Positions 50,677-61,185 of a DNA stretch of 64,000 bases are shown here, in pieces. Numbering within the stretch: the stretch's first letter is position 1; each line of letters opens with the position of its first letter. Source of the stretch: Alphaproteobacteria bacterium (GTDB taxonomy: Bacteria > Pseudomonadota > Alphaproteobacteria > SHVV01); contig OZ253470.1 in assembly GCA_965261735.1 (NCBI GenBank), positions 1,216,001 through 1,280,000 of the forward strand, in the 5' to 3' direction. Below the pieces are notes generated by a model, which had not been told where the DNA came from, made no database searches, and was given only the letters and a program-made list of their open reading frames with translations. The translations under genes and the position numbers were made by a program.

Positions 50677-51870
50677 TCAGTAGGAACGCGGCAGGCCGAG
50701 CACGTGCTCGGCGATATAGGACAGGATGAGGTTGGTCGAGATCGGCGCCACTTGGTAGAGGCGCGTTTCGCGGAACTTGCGCTCGATGTCGTACTCCTCG
50801 GCGAAGCCATAACCGCCATGCGTTTGCAGGCACGTGTCCGCGGCCTGCCAGGCGGCGTCGGCGGCGAGCAGCTTGGCGATATTGGCCTCCTTGCCGCAGG
50901 GCTCGCCCGCATCGAACAGCTCGATCCCGCGCAGCACCATGAGCGCCGCGGCCTCGGAATTGGCGAAGGCACGGGCGATCGGGTACTGGATGCCCTGGTT
51001 CTGGCCGATGGGGCGGCCGAAGACCACGCGCTCACGCGCATAATTCGTGGCCTTCTCGATGAACCATCGGGCATCGCCGATGCATTCCGCGCTGATCAGC
51101 AGGCGTTCGGCGTTCATGCCGTCGAGGATGTAGGAGAAGCCCTTGCCGGCCTCGCCCACGAGGCTCGACGCCGGGATGGATAGGTCGTCGAAGAAAACCT
51201 CGGTCGTCGCATGGTTGATCATGGCGCGGATGGGCCGGATGGTGAGGCCATGACCGAGGCCGTCGCGCATGTCGACGAGGAACACCGACAGCCCCTCGGT
51301 GCGCTTCGAAACCTCCTCGCGCGGCGTGGTGCGCGCCAGCAGCAGCAGCAGGTCGGAGTGCTCGGCGCGCGAGGTCCACACCTTCTGGCCGTTGACGATG
51401 AAGCGCTCGCCGTCCCGCACCGCCATCGTGCGCAGGCTCAGCGTGTCGGTGCCGCTGCCGGGCTCGGTGACGCCGAACGCCTGCAGGCGCAGCGCGCCGG
51501 CTGCGATCTGCGGCAGGTAGTGCTCCTTCTGCTCGGTGCTGCCGTGGCGCAGCAGCGTGCCCATCGTGTACATCTGGGCGTGGCACGCGCCGCCGTTGCA
51601 GCCGCTCGCGTGAATCTCCTCGAGGATGGCGGCGGCCGCGCCGAGCCCGAGGCCGGAGCCGCCATATTCCTCCGGGATCAGCGCCGCGAGATAGCCGGCG
51701 CTCGTGAGCGCGTCGACGAAGGCCTTCGGGTAGCTGCGCTCGCGGTCGCATTCGCGCCAGTACTCGCCGGGAAACTCGCCGCACAGCCGGCGCACGGCCT
51801 CGCGGATGTCCGCGTACTCATCGCCTTCCGCGCGGGTGTGCGCCGGCTCTTTCGCTCGCGCGCTGGTCAT
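50677..51870 (-). CDS. Acyl-CoA dehydrogenase
   Basis: IPEEYGGSG, VTEPGSGTD, NGQKVWTS, GMNAER, HGGYGFAEEY. Confidence 0.93.
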   Translation of the reverse strand: MTSARAKEPAHTRAEGDEYADIREAVRRLCGEFPGEYWRECDRERSYPKAFVDALTSAGYLAALIPEEYGGSGLGLGAAAAILEEIHASGCNGGACHAQMYTMGTLLRHGSTEQKEHYLPQIAAGALRLQAFGVTEPGSGTDTLSLRTMAVRDGERFIVNGQKVWTSRAEHSDLLLLLARTTPREEVSKRTEGLSVFLVDMRDGLGHGLTIRPIRAMINHATTEVFFDDLSIPASSLVGEAGKGFSYILDGMNAERLLISAECIGDARWFIEKATNYARERVVFGRPIGQNQGIQYPIARAFANSEAAALMVLRGIELFDAGEPCGKEANIAKLLAADAAWQAADTCLQTHGGYGFAEEYDIERKFRETRLYQVAPISTNLILSYIAEHVLGLPRSY

Positions 51871-51934
51871 GTCCTCACTCTATCGCGCGATCGCGCGCGA
51901 GGTAAGCGCGCAAAAGCCGCTTGGGCGGGGCCGG

Positions 51935-53365
51935 CTAGCGTCGGCCGGTCAGGCTCATGTGCAGGGGCTGGCCGAGGGCGAGGTGGGCGGCTTCCGGGTA
52001 TTGCTCGCTCAGGGTCGGGTGGGCGTGGATGGTGAGCGCCAGGTCCTCGAGCGAGGCGCCGAGCTCGATCGCGAGAACGCCCTCGGCGATGAGCTCGGAC
52101 GCATGGGGCCCGACGATGTGGACGCCGACGATGGTATCGCCCGCGCGGTCGGCGACGATCTGCAGGAAACCGTGGCGCGCGCCGAGGGTGGCCGCGCGGC
52201 CCGAGGCGCCGAGCTGGAAGTTCGCGACCTCGACGTCGAGGCCCTGGGCCGCGGCCTCGGCCGCGCCGAGCCCGGCGGTGGCGATTTCCGGGTCCGAGAA
52301 GATGACGGCCGGGATCGCGGCCGGCTGAAACGCGGCGCGCGCGCCGTTGAGCGCCGCCACCGCGACCGCGGCTTCCGCCGTGGCCTTGTGGGCGAGCGCG
52401 GGGCCCGAGGTGATGTCGCCGATGGCGGCGATGTGGGGGGCGAGCCGGCGGTCCGGTGCGACCTTGAGCAGGCCGCTCGCGTCCGCCGAGATGCCCGCGT
52501 TCTCGAGCCCGAGGTCGTCCGCGTTGGGGCGCCGGCCGACGGCGACGACGACTTTATCCGCGGCCAACTTACGGGCGCCTGCCGCGAGCTCGACCGTGAG
52601 CTTGCCCTTCTCCAGCCCGCGCACGCGCGCGCTCACCAGAACCTCGACGCCGAGCTCGGCGAGCCGGCGCTCGACGGGGCGCACGAGCCGGCGGTCGAGC
52701 CCCGGGAGGATGCCGGACTCGGCCTCGGCCATGGTGACCCGGCTGCCGAGCTTGGCCAGCGCGATGCCGATTTCGAGGCCGATATAGCCGGCGCCGACGA
52801 TGGCGAGCGTCTTGGGCAGCGAGGCGAGCGCCAGCGCGTCCGTCGAGTCGAGCACCCGGGTGCCGTCGAAGGGCAGGTCGGCGAGCGCCGCCGGCCGCGA
52901 TCCGGTAGCGAAGACGATGTCCTTGAAGCGGATGAACTTGGCCTCGCCCTCGGGCGCGTTGATGACCGCCTCGTCGGGCCGGGTCAGGCGCACCTCGCCG
53001 TGGACGATGCGCACGCCCGCCTGCTTGAGGAGGCCACGCACGCCGTCCGTGAGCCCGCCCACGACGCCCGCCTTCCATTTCTGAAAGCGCTTCATGTCGA
53101 TGACGCCGCCGGCCTCGGGCCGTGCCCGGAGGCCGAAGGTGTCCGCTTCGCCCATGCGCGCGGCGAGGTCGGCGACCTCGATCAGCGCCTTGCTCGGGAT
53201 GCAGCCGACGCGCAGGCATACGCCGCCGACGCCGTCCGCGCCGTCGCGATCGATGAGCGTGACGCGGCGACCGGCTTGCGCCGCGCGGAGCGCCGCGGCA
53301 TAGCCGCCGGGACCCGCGCCGACGACGACGAAATCCGCGGCCTCGGCGATCTGGCCCACAACCAT
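51935..53365 (-). CDS. lpdA: Dihydrolipoamide dehydrogenase (E3)
   Basis: GAGPGGY, GGVCLRVGCIPSKAL, GAGYIGLE, HAHPTLSE. Confidence 0.93.
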   Translation of the reverse strand: MVVGQIAEAADFVVVGAGPGGYAAALRAAQAGRRVTLIDRDGADGVGGVCLRVGCIPSKALIEVADLAARMGEADTFGLRARPEAGGVIDMKRFQKWKAGVVGGLTDGVRGLLKQAGVRIVHGEVRLTRPDEAVINAPEGEAKFIRFKDIVFATGSRPAALADLPFDGTRVLDSTDALALASLPKTLAIVGAGYIGLEIGIALAKLGSRVTMAEAESGILPGLDRRLVRPVERRLAELGVEVLVSARVRGLEKGKLTVELAAGARKLAADKVVVAVGRRPNADDLGLENAGISADASGLLKVAPDRRLAPHIAAIGDITSGPALAHKATAEAAVAVAALNGARAAFQPAAIPAVIFSDPEIATAGLGAAEAAAQGLDVEVANFQLGASGRAATLGARHGFLQIVADRAGDTIVGVHIVGPHASELIAEGVLAIELGASLEDLALTIHAHPTLSEQYPEAAHLALGQPLHMSLTGRR

Positions 53366-53378
53366 CAGATCGCGCCCA

Positions 53379-54638
53379 TCACAGGCTGCCCAGGAGGCGC
53401 AGCGGCTGGCTCAGATATCCGGCGAGGCTCGAGATGAAGGCGCCGATTTCCGCGCCGTCGTTGACGCGGTGGTCGAACGAGGCGACGACCGGCAGGATCC
53501 GGCGCACCGCGGGCGCGCCGTCGACCGGTACGACCGCCTCGTGGATGCGCCCGAACCCGGCAATCGCGACCTCGGGCGGGCGGATGATCGGCGTGCCCCG
53601 GACCCCGCCGTAGGAGCCGAAGTTCGAGATCGTGAAGGTGCCCTGGCCGAGGTCGGCGAGGCTCACCTTGCGCTCGCGCGTCGCTTCGGCGAGCCGCTCG
53701 ATCTCCGCCGCCAGCTCGAAGACGGATTTGGTATCGGCATCGTGGATCACGGGGACGATGAGGCCGTCCGGCGTCGCCGTCGCGACGCCGATGTTGTAGC
53801 GATGGCGGTGGATGATCTCCTCGCGCGCCAGGTCGATGGTGGCGTTGAAGCTGGGGTGGCGCTTCAGCGTCGCGACCACCGCCTTGACGAACAGCGGCAG
53901 GTACGTGATGCGCGGGCCGCCGTCGGCCACCTCGTCCTGCAGGCTCTGTCGTGCCTTGACGAGCTCGCTCGCATCGACGTCGCGGAAATCGAACACGTGC
54001 GGGATGTTCTGCCACGCCTCGGTCATGCTCTTGGCGACCTGCCGGCGCAGGCCGCGCAGCGCCACCACCCTGTCCTCGCCCTCGGGCCGCGCCGGGGCCG
54101 CGGGCGCCTGCACGGGTGCCGCCAGCGCCGGCTTGGCCGCGGGTGCCTGGGCGGCGCCCTCGACGTCGGCGCGCGTGATCTGGCCACGTGGGCCCGATCC
54201 GGCTACCGCGGCGAGGTCGACGCCGAGCTCGACCGCGAGCTTGCGCGTCGCCGGCGCCGCCAGCACGCGCTTGGGCGCGGCATCGGAAGGCGTTGTGGTC
54301 GCCGGCTCGGCGGGGGCCACGGGCGCTGCAACCCTGGGTGTGGGCGCCGGCGACGGTGTTGCCGATGCCTCCATGGGTGCGACCGCCTTGATCTCGCCCT
54401 CCGTCTCGATCACCGCGAGCAGGTTGCCGACCGGCACGATGTCGCCTGGGTTACCGCCGAACTCGCTGACGACGCCGCTGACCGGTGCGGGGATCTCGAC
54501 CACGGCCTTGTCCGTCTCGACCTCGACGAGCACCGCGTCGGCCGTCACCGGCGCGCCGAGCTCGGCATGCCAGCGCACGATCTCGCCTTCGCTCAGGCCC
54601 TCGCCGATGTCTGGCAAGTTGAAGCGATAGGCGCCCAT
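53379..54638 (-). CDS. pdhC: Dihydrolipoamide acyltransferase (E2), single lipoyl domain
   Basis: LPDIGEGL, VETDKA, AAPATRKLA, GSGPRGQI, FDHRVNDGA. Confidence 0.88.
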   Translation of the reverse strand: MGAYRFNLPDIGEGLSEGEIVRWHAELGAPVTADAVLVEVETDKAVVEIPAPVSGVVSEFGGNPGDIVPVGNLLAVIETEGEIKAVAPMEASATPSPAPTPRVAAPVAPAEPATTTPSDAAPKRVLAAPATRKLAVELGVDLAAVAGSGPRGQITRADVEGAAQAPAAKPALAAPVQAPAAPARPEGEDRVVALRGLRRQVAKSMTEAWQNIPHVFDFRDVDASELVKARQSLQDEVADGGPRITYLPLFVKAVVATLKRHPSFNATIDLAREEIIHRHRYNIGVATATPDGLIVPVIHDADTKSVFELAAEIERLAEATRERKVSLADLGQGTFTISNFGSYGGVRGTPIIRPPEVAIAGFGRIHEAVVPVDGAPAVRRILPVVASFDHRVNDGAEIGAFISSLAGYLSQPLRLLGSL

Positions 54639-55615
54639 CAGGCGGCCGCGGTTTCTTGCGCAGCCTGGACGACCTGATCGGCGTTGGGGATGTAGAAGTC
54701 TTCGAGGCCGGCGAGCGGGTAGGGCGCATCGGGCGCGGTCACGCGCCGCACCGGCGCCTCGAGCGAATAGAACGCCTGCTCCTGGAGGATGGCGATGACC
54801 TCGGCGCCGAAGCCCGAGGTCGCCGGCGACTCGTGCACGACGACGCAACGCCCGGTCTTCTCGACCGCTTGCACGAGGCCGTCGACATCGAGCGGCACCA
54901 GCGTGCGCAGGTCGATGACGTGGGCGCTGATCCCCTGCTCGGCCAGCGTCTCGGCCGCCTTTTCCGCCACCGGAACCGATCCGCTCCAGGCCACGATCGT
55001 CAAGTCCGTGCCCTCGCGCACCACGCGCAGCTGGCCGAACGGCACGGTGTAGTCCTCCTCCGGCACCTCGCCCGTGATCAGCCGATAGCCGCGCAGCGGC
55101 TCGAGGAAGAGGACCGGGTCGGGGTCGCGGATCGCCTCCAGCAGCAGCCCCTTGGCATCGTAAGGGTTGGCTGGCAGCACGATCTTGAGGCCCGGCGCCT
55201 GGGCGAACTGGGCCTCCATCGAATCGCTGTGCAACTCGGGCGTGCGCACGCCGCCGCCGAAGGGCGCGCGGATGACGATCTGCGCCGGCTGGGTGCCGCG
55301 CGAGCGGAAGCGGGCACGTGCGATCTGCTGCGAGATCTGATGGAACGCCTGCTGCGTAAAGCCGAGGAACTGGATTTCGGCCACCGGCACCATGCCGGCG
55401 AAGGCTAGACCCAGGGCCGACCCCGCAATCACGCTCTCCGACAGCGGCGTGTCGACCACCCGGTGGGAGCCGAAGAACTGCTGCAGGCCGTCGGTGACGC
55501 GAAAGACGCCACCGAGGTGGCCCACGTCCTCGCCGAGCAGGATGACCCGCTCATCGCGCATCATCTCGAGCTTGAGCGCGCTGCGGATCGACTCGACCAT
55601 GTTCATGGTGGCCAT
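54638..55615 (-). CDS. pdhB: 2-oxoacid (pyruvate) dehydrogenase E1 beta
   Basis: GEDVG..GGVFRVT, DTPLSES, PELHSDS, IDLRTL.PLD. Confidence 0.88.
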   Translation of the reverse strand: MATMNMVESIRSALKLEMMRDERVILLGEDVGHLGGVFRVTDGLQQFFGSHRVVDTPLSESVIAGSALGLAFAGMVPVAEIQFLGFTQQAFHQISQQIARARFRSRGTQPAQIVIRAPFGGGVRTPELHSDSMEAQFAQAPGLKIVLPANPYDAKGLLLEAIRDPDPVLFLEPLRGYRLITGEVPEEDYTVPFGQLRVVREGTDLTIVAWSGSVPVAEKAAETLAEQGISAHVIDLRTLVPLDVDGLVQAVEKTGRCVVVHESPATSGFGAEVIAILQEQAFYSLEAPVRRVTAPDAPYPLAGLEDFYIPNADQVVQAAQETAAA

Positions 55616-55626
55616 GACGCCCTCCC

Positions 55627-56709
55627 TCACTCGCCGAGGTGGGCGCGCCGCTGGCGCTCCAGCGTCGGCGTGATCTCGGCGTAGACGTGCTCGTAGAGGT
55701 CGCTGGCGCCGGCCGGCGGAAACGCCGCCGCGCGCTCGAACGCGGCGTCGACCTCGGCCGCCAGCTCCTCATCCCACTGGGCCGCGATCTTGTTGCTCCA
55801 CTTGCCCTTGGCAGCAAGGTGTTTCTGCACCCGGTCGATGGGATCGCGCTTTTTCCAACGTTCGAGCACCGCGGGCTCGACATAGCGCGTCGGATCGTCG
55901 GCGGTCGTGTGCGCCCACATGCGGTAGGTGCGGGCCTCGATGAGGGTCGGCCCCTCGCCGGCCCGCGCGCGCGCCACCGCCTGCGCCGCCACGGCGTGCA
56001 TGGCGAACAGGTCGTTGCCGTCGACGGCGTAGCCGGGAAAGCCGTAGCCCGGCGCGCGCGATGCGAGGTCGGCGGTGGCGCTCTGGATTTCGCGCGGCGT
56101 CGAGATCGCCCAGCCGTTGTTCTGCAACAGAAAGATGACCGGCGCCTTGACCACGCCGGCGAGGTTGCAGGCCTCGTGAAAGTCGCCTTCGGAGGACGCG
56201 CCGTCACCGAAATAGACGATGACCACGCCGTCCTTGCCGCGCAGCTTGAGGCCCCACGCAAGACCGACCGCGTGCGGGATTTGCGCGGCCAGCGAGATTT
56301 GGTGGACGACCAGATTGATACCCTCGGGAATGGCGGCGCCCTGGGGATGGCCCATGCGGTAGAGCGCGACGCGCTCGAGCGGATAGTCCTGATGGAGCAG
56401 CGCCGGCAGCTCGCGGTACTGAGGCACCACCCAGTCGCGCGCCGGGTCGAGCGCCAGCGCCGCGCCGAGGATCGAGGCCTCCTGGCCGACCATGGGCGCG
56501 AAGGTGCCGAGCCGCCCCTGGCGCTGCAGGCTGAAGCATTTGCCGTCGAAGGCGCGCGCCAGCATCATCAGCCGCAGCGCGGCGAGGATCTCCTTGTCGC
56601 GCAGGCCCACCTTGGCACCGTTCCTCAGCTTGCCCTTCTCGTCGAGCAGGCTGATGGGCGCCACCGGCTTGTCGCTGGGCGTGAACTGCGGCGTTACTTT
56701 CACCGTCAT
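55627..56709 (-). CDS. pdhA: 2-oxoacid (pyruvate) dehydrogenase E1 alpha
   Basis: LQRQGRLGT, GQEA, FGDGASSEGDFHE, QNNGWAIS, HTTADDPTRY. Confidence 0.88.
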   Translation of the reverse strand: MTVKVTPQFTPSDKPVAPISLLDEKGKLRNGAKVGLRDKEILAALRLMMLARAFDGKCFSLQRQGRLGTFAPMVGQEASILGAALALDPARDWVVPQYRELPALLHQDYPLERVALYRMGHPQGAAIPEGINLVVHQISLAAQIPHAVGLAWGLKLRGKDGVVIVYFGDGASSEGDFHEACNLAGVVKAPVIFLLQNNGWAISTPREIQSATADLASRAPGYGFPGYAVDGNDLFAMHAVAAQAVARARAGEGPTLIEARTYRMWAHTTADDPTRYVEPAVLERWKKRDPIDRVQKHLAAKGKWSNKIAAQWDEELAAEVDAAFERAAAFPPAGASDLYEHVYAEITPTLERQRRAHLGE

Positions 56710-56824
56710 CGATGTCACCTTGCGTGGCCGGGCTTGCGGCGACCCTACCCGCCTATAGATGGAGATACGGCGAGAGTCTAGCCAGTGGCGCGCCATCCCA
56801 CAACCGCGCGCCGGCTAACGCCTT

Positions 56825-57031
56825 CTATTCAAGGGCGATATCGCCCTCGATGACGTGACGAAGCCCGAGGGCGTCGATCGAGAGCTCGGCCCGCGCCTGG
56901 AGCCGCGCATCCGCAGGAATCGTTCCCGCCGCGAGCGCCGCCTGGGTCGCGCGCTCGATCTCGCGCTGCGCGCCGATGCCGAGCTGCTTCAGAAACTTGC
57001 GGATTTCCATGTTAAAGACTTCCTCGTTCAT
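56825..57031 (-). CDS. Small conserved hypothetical protein (DUF6494-like)
   Basis: MNEEVFNMEIRKFLKQLGIGAQREIE..HVIEGDIALE; GGGAAGGG RBS. Confidence 0.7.
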   Translation of the reverse strand: MNEEVFNMEIRKFLKQLGIGAQREIERATQAALAAGTIPADARLQARAELSIDALGLRHVIEGDIALE

Positions 57032-57070
57032 CCCTTCCCTCCATTGCGCCTGCCGGCCGAGGACCGTGCG

Positions 57071-58303
57071 TTGAACTACCTGACCTTTGCGCTCGCCAAC
57101 TGGCGCTTCCTCGGCTTCGGTTTCTTCATCACCGGTTTCGCGGGCATCGGCCAGACCTTTTTCATCGCCCTGTTCAGCGCCGAGATCAGATCTGAATTCG
57201 GCTTGTCGCACGGGACGTTCGGCCTCGTCTACGCCCTCGCTACCGCGGCCAGCGCGCTGGCCCTAATGTGGACCGGACGCAAGATCGATAACATCGACTT
57301 GCGGCTCTACAGCGCGCTGGCGTGCGGCGCACTGGTTCTCGCCTGTTTCATGATCGGACTCGCGCACTCCGTGGCCTTGCTGGTCGCGGCGGTGTTCCTG
57401 CTGCGCCACGCGGGCCAGGGCCTGATGACCCACATCGCCAATACCAGCATGGCGCGCTACTTCGAGCTCGGGCGCGGCAAGGCGCTGAGCATCGCCTCGC
57501 TCGGCCTGCCGGCCGCGGTCGCCCTGTTCCCGATCGTCGCCGTGGCGCTCGTCCACTCGGTGGGCTGGCGCGCGGGCTGGCTGGTGATCGGCGCCGGGCT
57601 CGCTGTAGGGCTGGTGCCGCTGGTGCTGTGGCTGCTGCGCGGCCAGGCCGAGCGCCACCGAGCTCTTGTGGCCCGCGTGGCGCTTGCGGTCGGGGACTCG
57701 AGCGAGGCCCAGTGGTCGCGCCGGGAGGTTCTCGGTGACCTGCGCTTCTACCTCCTCGTGCCGGTCGTGCTCGCCTATCCCTTCACCCTGGCCGGATTCT
57801 TTTTTCACCAGGTCCACCTCGCCGAAAGCAAGGGCTGGAGCCTCACCTGGCTGGCCACGATCTATGTCGGCTTTGCTGTCGCCACGGTGCTCGCATCGCT
57901 CGTCACCGGACCGCTGGTCGACCGCTGGGGCGCGCGCCGCCTGATGCCCTATCACGTCCTGCCGGTGGCGCTCGGGCTGCTGGTGCTGGCGGCCTTCGAT
58001 CACCCTTATGCGGGCGCGCTGTATATGATCCTCGCCGGCACCAGCTCGGCCGCCGGGCGATGCGTGATCGGCGCCGTGTGGCCCGAGATCTACGGCGTCG
58101 CCCACCTCGGCGCCATCCGCGCGCTGGTCACCGCCTTGATGGTGGTCGCCAGCGCGCTTTCACCGCTTATCATGGGCCTGCTGATCGATCGCGGCGTATC
58201 GATCGAGGCGATTTCCGTGGGCATGGCGGCTTATATCGGAGCTGCGGCCGTGCTCGCGCTGGTACCGGCAATGAGCGGCCCGTCCTCTCTGGCGCGCGCC
58301 TAG
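57071..58303 (+). CDS. MFS transporter
   Basis: GQTFFIALF, TGRKID, GPLVDRWGARR, ~12 TM; probable TTG start. Confidence 0.88.
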   Translation: MNYLTFALANWRFLGFGFFITGFAGIGQTFFIALFSAEIRSEFGLSHGTFGLVYALATAASALALMWTGRKIDNIDLRLYSALACGALVLACFMIGLAHSVALLVAAVFLLRHAGQGLMTHIANTSMARYFELGRGKALSIASLGLPAAVALFPIVAVALVHSVGWRAGWLVIGAGLAVGLVPLVLWLLRGQAERHRALVARVALAVGDSSEAQWSRREVLGDLRFYLLVPVVLAYPFTLAGFFFHQVHLAESKGWSLTWLATIYVGFAVATVLASLVTGPLVDRWGARRLMPYHVLPVALGLLVLAAFDHPYAGALYMILAGTSSAAGRCVIGAVWPEIYGVAHLGAIRALVTALMVVASALSPLIMGLLIDRGVSIEAISVGMAAYIGAAAVLALVPAMSGPSSLARA

Positions 58304-58307
58304 GGCA

Positions 58308-58931
58308 ATGGAGAACCCTCTTCGGCCCGATCACTTTCGCCGCATGGACGAATCGGGCGATGCCCGCTTCTACGTCGAGCCGCGCCTGGTCACCCACATC
58401 GACCCGCCGGCCTGCGCCGCGCTCGCCCGGCACTACGCCGCGCTCCTGCCACCAGGTGGCGACATCCTCGATCTGATGTCGAGCTGTGTTTCGCACCTGC
58501 CCGAGGACGCCCCCTACCGCAGCGTGGTCGGGCTCGGCATGAACGCCGTCGAGCTCGCGGCCAATCCCAGGCTCACCGGGGCGCTGGTCCACAATCTCAA
58601 CCAGACGCCCGGGCTGCCCTTCGCGGCAGCGAGCTTCGATGCCTGCGTGCTCGCGGTCTCGGTGCAGTATCTCGTCTCGCCGATCGCGGTGTTCGCGGAC
58701 ATGGGCCGCGTCCTCAGACCCGGTGCGCGCCTTGCCGTCAGCTACTCCAACCGCATGTTTCCGACCAAGGCGGTGGCCCTGTGGCAAAGCCTGCGCGATG
58801 CCGAGCGGGCCAAGCTGATCGCCCTCTATCTCGAGCTCGCGGGCGCCTTCGGCGACATCGGATTCGTCGATCTGTCGCCGGCGCCGGGGCGCTCGGACCC
58901 GCTCTACGCCGTCGTTGCGACGCGGACCTGA
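58308..58931 (+). CDS. Class I SAM-dependent methyltransferase (type 11)
   Basis: FYVEPRLVTHID, ILDLMSS, GLGMNAVEL, SNRMFPTKA. Confidence 0.88.
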   Translation: MENPLRPDHFRRMDESGDARFYVEPRLVTHIDPPACAALARHYAALLPPGGDILDLMSSCVSHLPEDAPYRSVVGLGMNAVELAANPRLTGALVHNLNQTPGLPFAAASFDACVLAVSVQYLVSPIAVFADMGRVLRPGARLAVSYSNRMFPTKAVALWQSLRDAERAKLIALYLELAGAFGDIGFVDLSPAPGRSDPLYAVVATRT

Positions 58932-58960
58932 GTGCCGGCGCCCTTACGCGCATGTTGGGC

Positions 58961-58991
58961 AAGAAAAGGGCCGGCTTTGGGCCGGCCCTTT
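58961..58991. terminator. Likely bidirectional terminator
   Basis: AAAGGGCCGGC-TTTGG-GCCGGCCCTTT between convergent genes. Confidence 0.8.
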
Positions 58992-59010
58992 CCGCGAAGG
59001 TGTGTGCGGC

Positions 59011-60027
59011 CTAACTTGCGCCGCCGCCCATCACGTAGTCGTTCGAGTAGAAGTCGGTTGGCTTGGAGGCGGCGTCGATCAGCTTGGCGCCGATGATGAG
59101 GTCGATCGCGGCCTTCCAGTCGGACGGCGAGTGCCAGCCGAGCGGCTTGCCCGCAGTCGATGGCGTCGACAAGAACGCTTGGAAGCTGTCGATGGTGCCG
59201 CGGACCGAGCCCTCGGTGAGCTTGGTGTCGGGCCGCATCTTGGCGAAGATCGCCACCGTTTCGGCCTGGTTGCCGTCGTAGATCCACGCCAAGGTCTTGA
59301 AAAAGACCTGGACGAAGTCGCGCACGGCCTGTGGGTTCTTCTTGACGAAGTCCGAGTTGGCGACGAGGCCGAAGCCGGGCAGCGGGACCCCATAGTCGGC
59401 GAACAGGATGGCGTTGGAGGGCAACTTGTTGGCCAGCACGGGCAGGTAGTACGGCGCGGTCGACAGCATCGCGTCCGCTTCCCGGGCGACGTAGGTCGAG
59501 GTTTTGACCTTGGACGAGACGCCGATCACGGTCAGCTTGTCGCGGCTGGTGCCGCCCGCCTTGAGGAAGGTGTCGAAGAACGGGTCGGTGAAGCCGCCCG
59601 GCGTGAGCAGCACCTTCTTGCCCTCGAGGTCCTTGGGCGTCTTGATGCCGGAATCCTTTGGCACCAGCACGGCAACGTCGCTGCGCCGTACGATGTGGCC
59701 GACCGAGATCACGGGCAGGCCCTTGTTCTTGGCCAGCACCATGGCCGAGAGGTTGGCGTGGCCGATGTCGTACTTGCCGGCACCCACGAGGGTGATGGTC
59801 TTGCTCGAGCCGTTGCCGTCGTCGACCGAGACGTCGAGGCCCTTCTCCTTGAACCAGCCCTTTTCGACGGCGACGAAGAAGGGGGCGTGCAGGCCGTAGG
59901 CGGCCCAGTCGAGGCGCGCCCGCACCTTGGTATCGGCTGAAGCGGCGCTCATCGTGGCGACCGCCACGAGCGCCACGACAGGCAGGGCGATGCCGAGGTA
60001 CGCGTGGACGCGAGACAGGTATCTCAT
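59011..60027 (-). CDS. SsuA/THI5-like ABC substrate-binding protein
   Basis: Signal peptide, RLDW..GLHAPFFVA.EKGWF, PKDLEGK; GGGAGGAAG RBS. Confidence 0.87.
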   Translation of the reverse strand: MRYLSRVHAYLGIALPVVALVAVATMSAASADTKVRARLDWAAYGLHAPFFVAVEKGWFKEKGLDVSVDDGNGSSKTITLVGAGKYDIGHANLSAMVLAKNKGLPVISVGHIVRRSDVAVLVPKDSGIKTPKDLEGKKVLLTPGGFTDPFFDTFLKAGGTSRDKLTVIGVSSKVKTSTYVAREADAMLSTAPYYLPVLANKLPSNAILFADYGVPLPGFGLVANSDFVKKNPQAVRDFVQVFFKTLAWIYDGNQAETVAIFAKMRPDTKLTEGSVRGTIDSFQAFLSTPSTAGKPLGWHSPSDWKAAIDLIIGAKLIDAASKPTDFYSNDYVMGGGAS

Positions 60028-60187
60028 TCGGTCTTCCTCCCGAGTTGGATCTTGCCTACGGACCGGTTCTGCGACGGCGCCGTGGCGGAAACTGCGGGCC
60101 GCAGGCGGGTCGTCCGCCCCGGCTTCATTCGCGGGCGAGCCTAAGGCAAACGCCGCGCCCTGACAATGCGCCCTGATTCGAGGGGGC

Positions 60188-60724
60188 CTAAACGGCCGCA
60201 CCAATCGAGTCGGCGCTTCGCGAATCGAGCCCCAACGTCTCTTCGCACCGCGCGACCCATCTCTCGACGTTCGGTCTCGTCGAGAGATCAAATCCGCCTT
60301 CATGCGCCAGCCGCGTGTAGGCGACGACGGCGATATCGGCCACCGTGAATTGGGCTGCCGCCAGCCAGTCCTTGCCATCGATCATCTTGTCCAACTGATC
60401 GAGCGCGTTTTCGCCTCTCTCGACGCGCCAGCGCTCCCGCTCTTCGATGGATTTCTTGAGAAAGAGCATTTGGTATCTGCACACGGCGATGTACGGCTCG
60501 TGACTGTACTGTTCCCAGAAAAGAAACTCGCCGACCTTGGCGCGGTCGAAGGCGTCGACGGGAAGCAATGGAGTGCCGTCGGCAAGGAACTGAATGATGG
60601 CGTTCGATTGGGCGAGGATCCGCCCGTCCTCGAGTTCGATGACGGGAACCTGCCCGGCAGGGTTGATCGACAGAAAAACCCTTGTCCTGCTTTCATCCCT
60701 GGTGATGTCGATCGATATCCAATC
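60188..60724 (-). pseudogene. Glutathione S-transferase, 5' end removed by IS1595
   Basis: INPAGQVPVIE, LAQSNAI, LFWEQYSHEPYIA, TVADIA..AYT. Confidence 0.85.
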
Positions 60725-61185
60725 CTTGCCTATCCGGTTAACGCCCATGACCGCTACATGTAGGGTGCCACCACTCTCCCGCGTAAAGCTCGGCATAGGT
60801 TGGAGCAGAGGTGTCGCCCGCGATGCCGAGCAATGAGCGGAAGCGTTGAACGGGTAGAACCGCCTGTTGAAGCGGAAGGTGAACTCGTTGAGGTAGGCTT
60901 GTAGGTGCTGGTGGCTAACGCCGTGGTGGATACCGATCAGCCACGTCTTCAGGTTGGCGAAAACCAGATGGATGATCGGCAGGTATTGCTCGGCAACCTC
61001 TGGATCACCACACTCGGCAACAGCGAAGTGCTCATAGCCGCGCTTACCGAGGCCAGCATAGCCGCTCCAATCGTCAGTAACGATCAGCGATCGCGGCGCG
61101 ACGGTGCTCTCGACGAACCCACAGAGCGACTCGGCGCTACGGTCGAGCACGACGGCGAGCCGAACGCGTCCGGCATAGCGTCCGT
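60725..61185 (-). mobile_element. IS1595-family element, partial (right end)
   Basis: Matches 24889-25350 with a 1-bp deletion near 60843. Confidence 0.92.

Noticed and set aside
60188-61150. 320-aa transposase-GST fusion ORF
   Set aside because: Created by a 1-bp deletion in the IS copy reading through the IS end into a truncated GST
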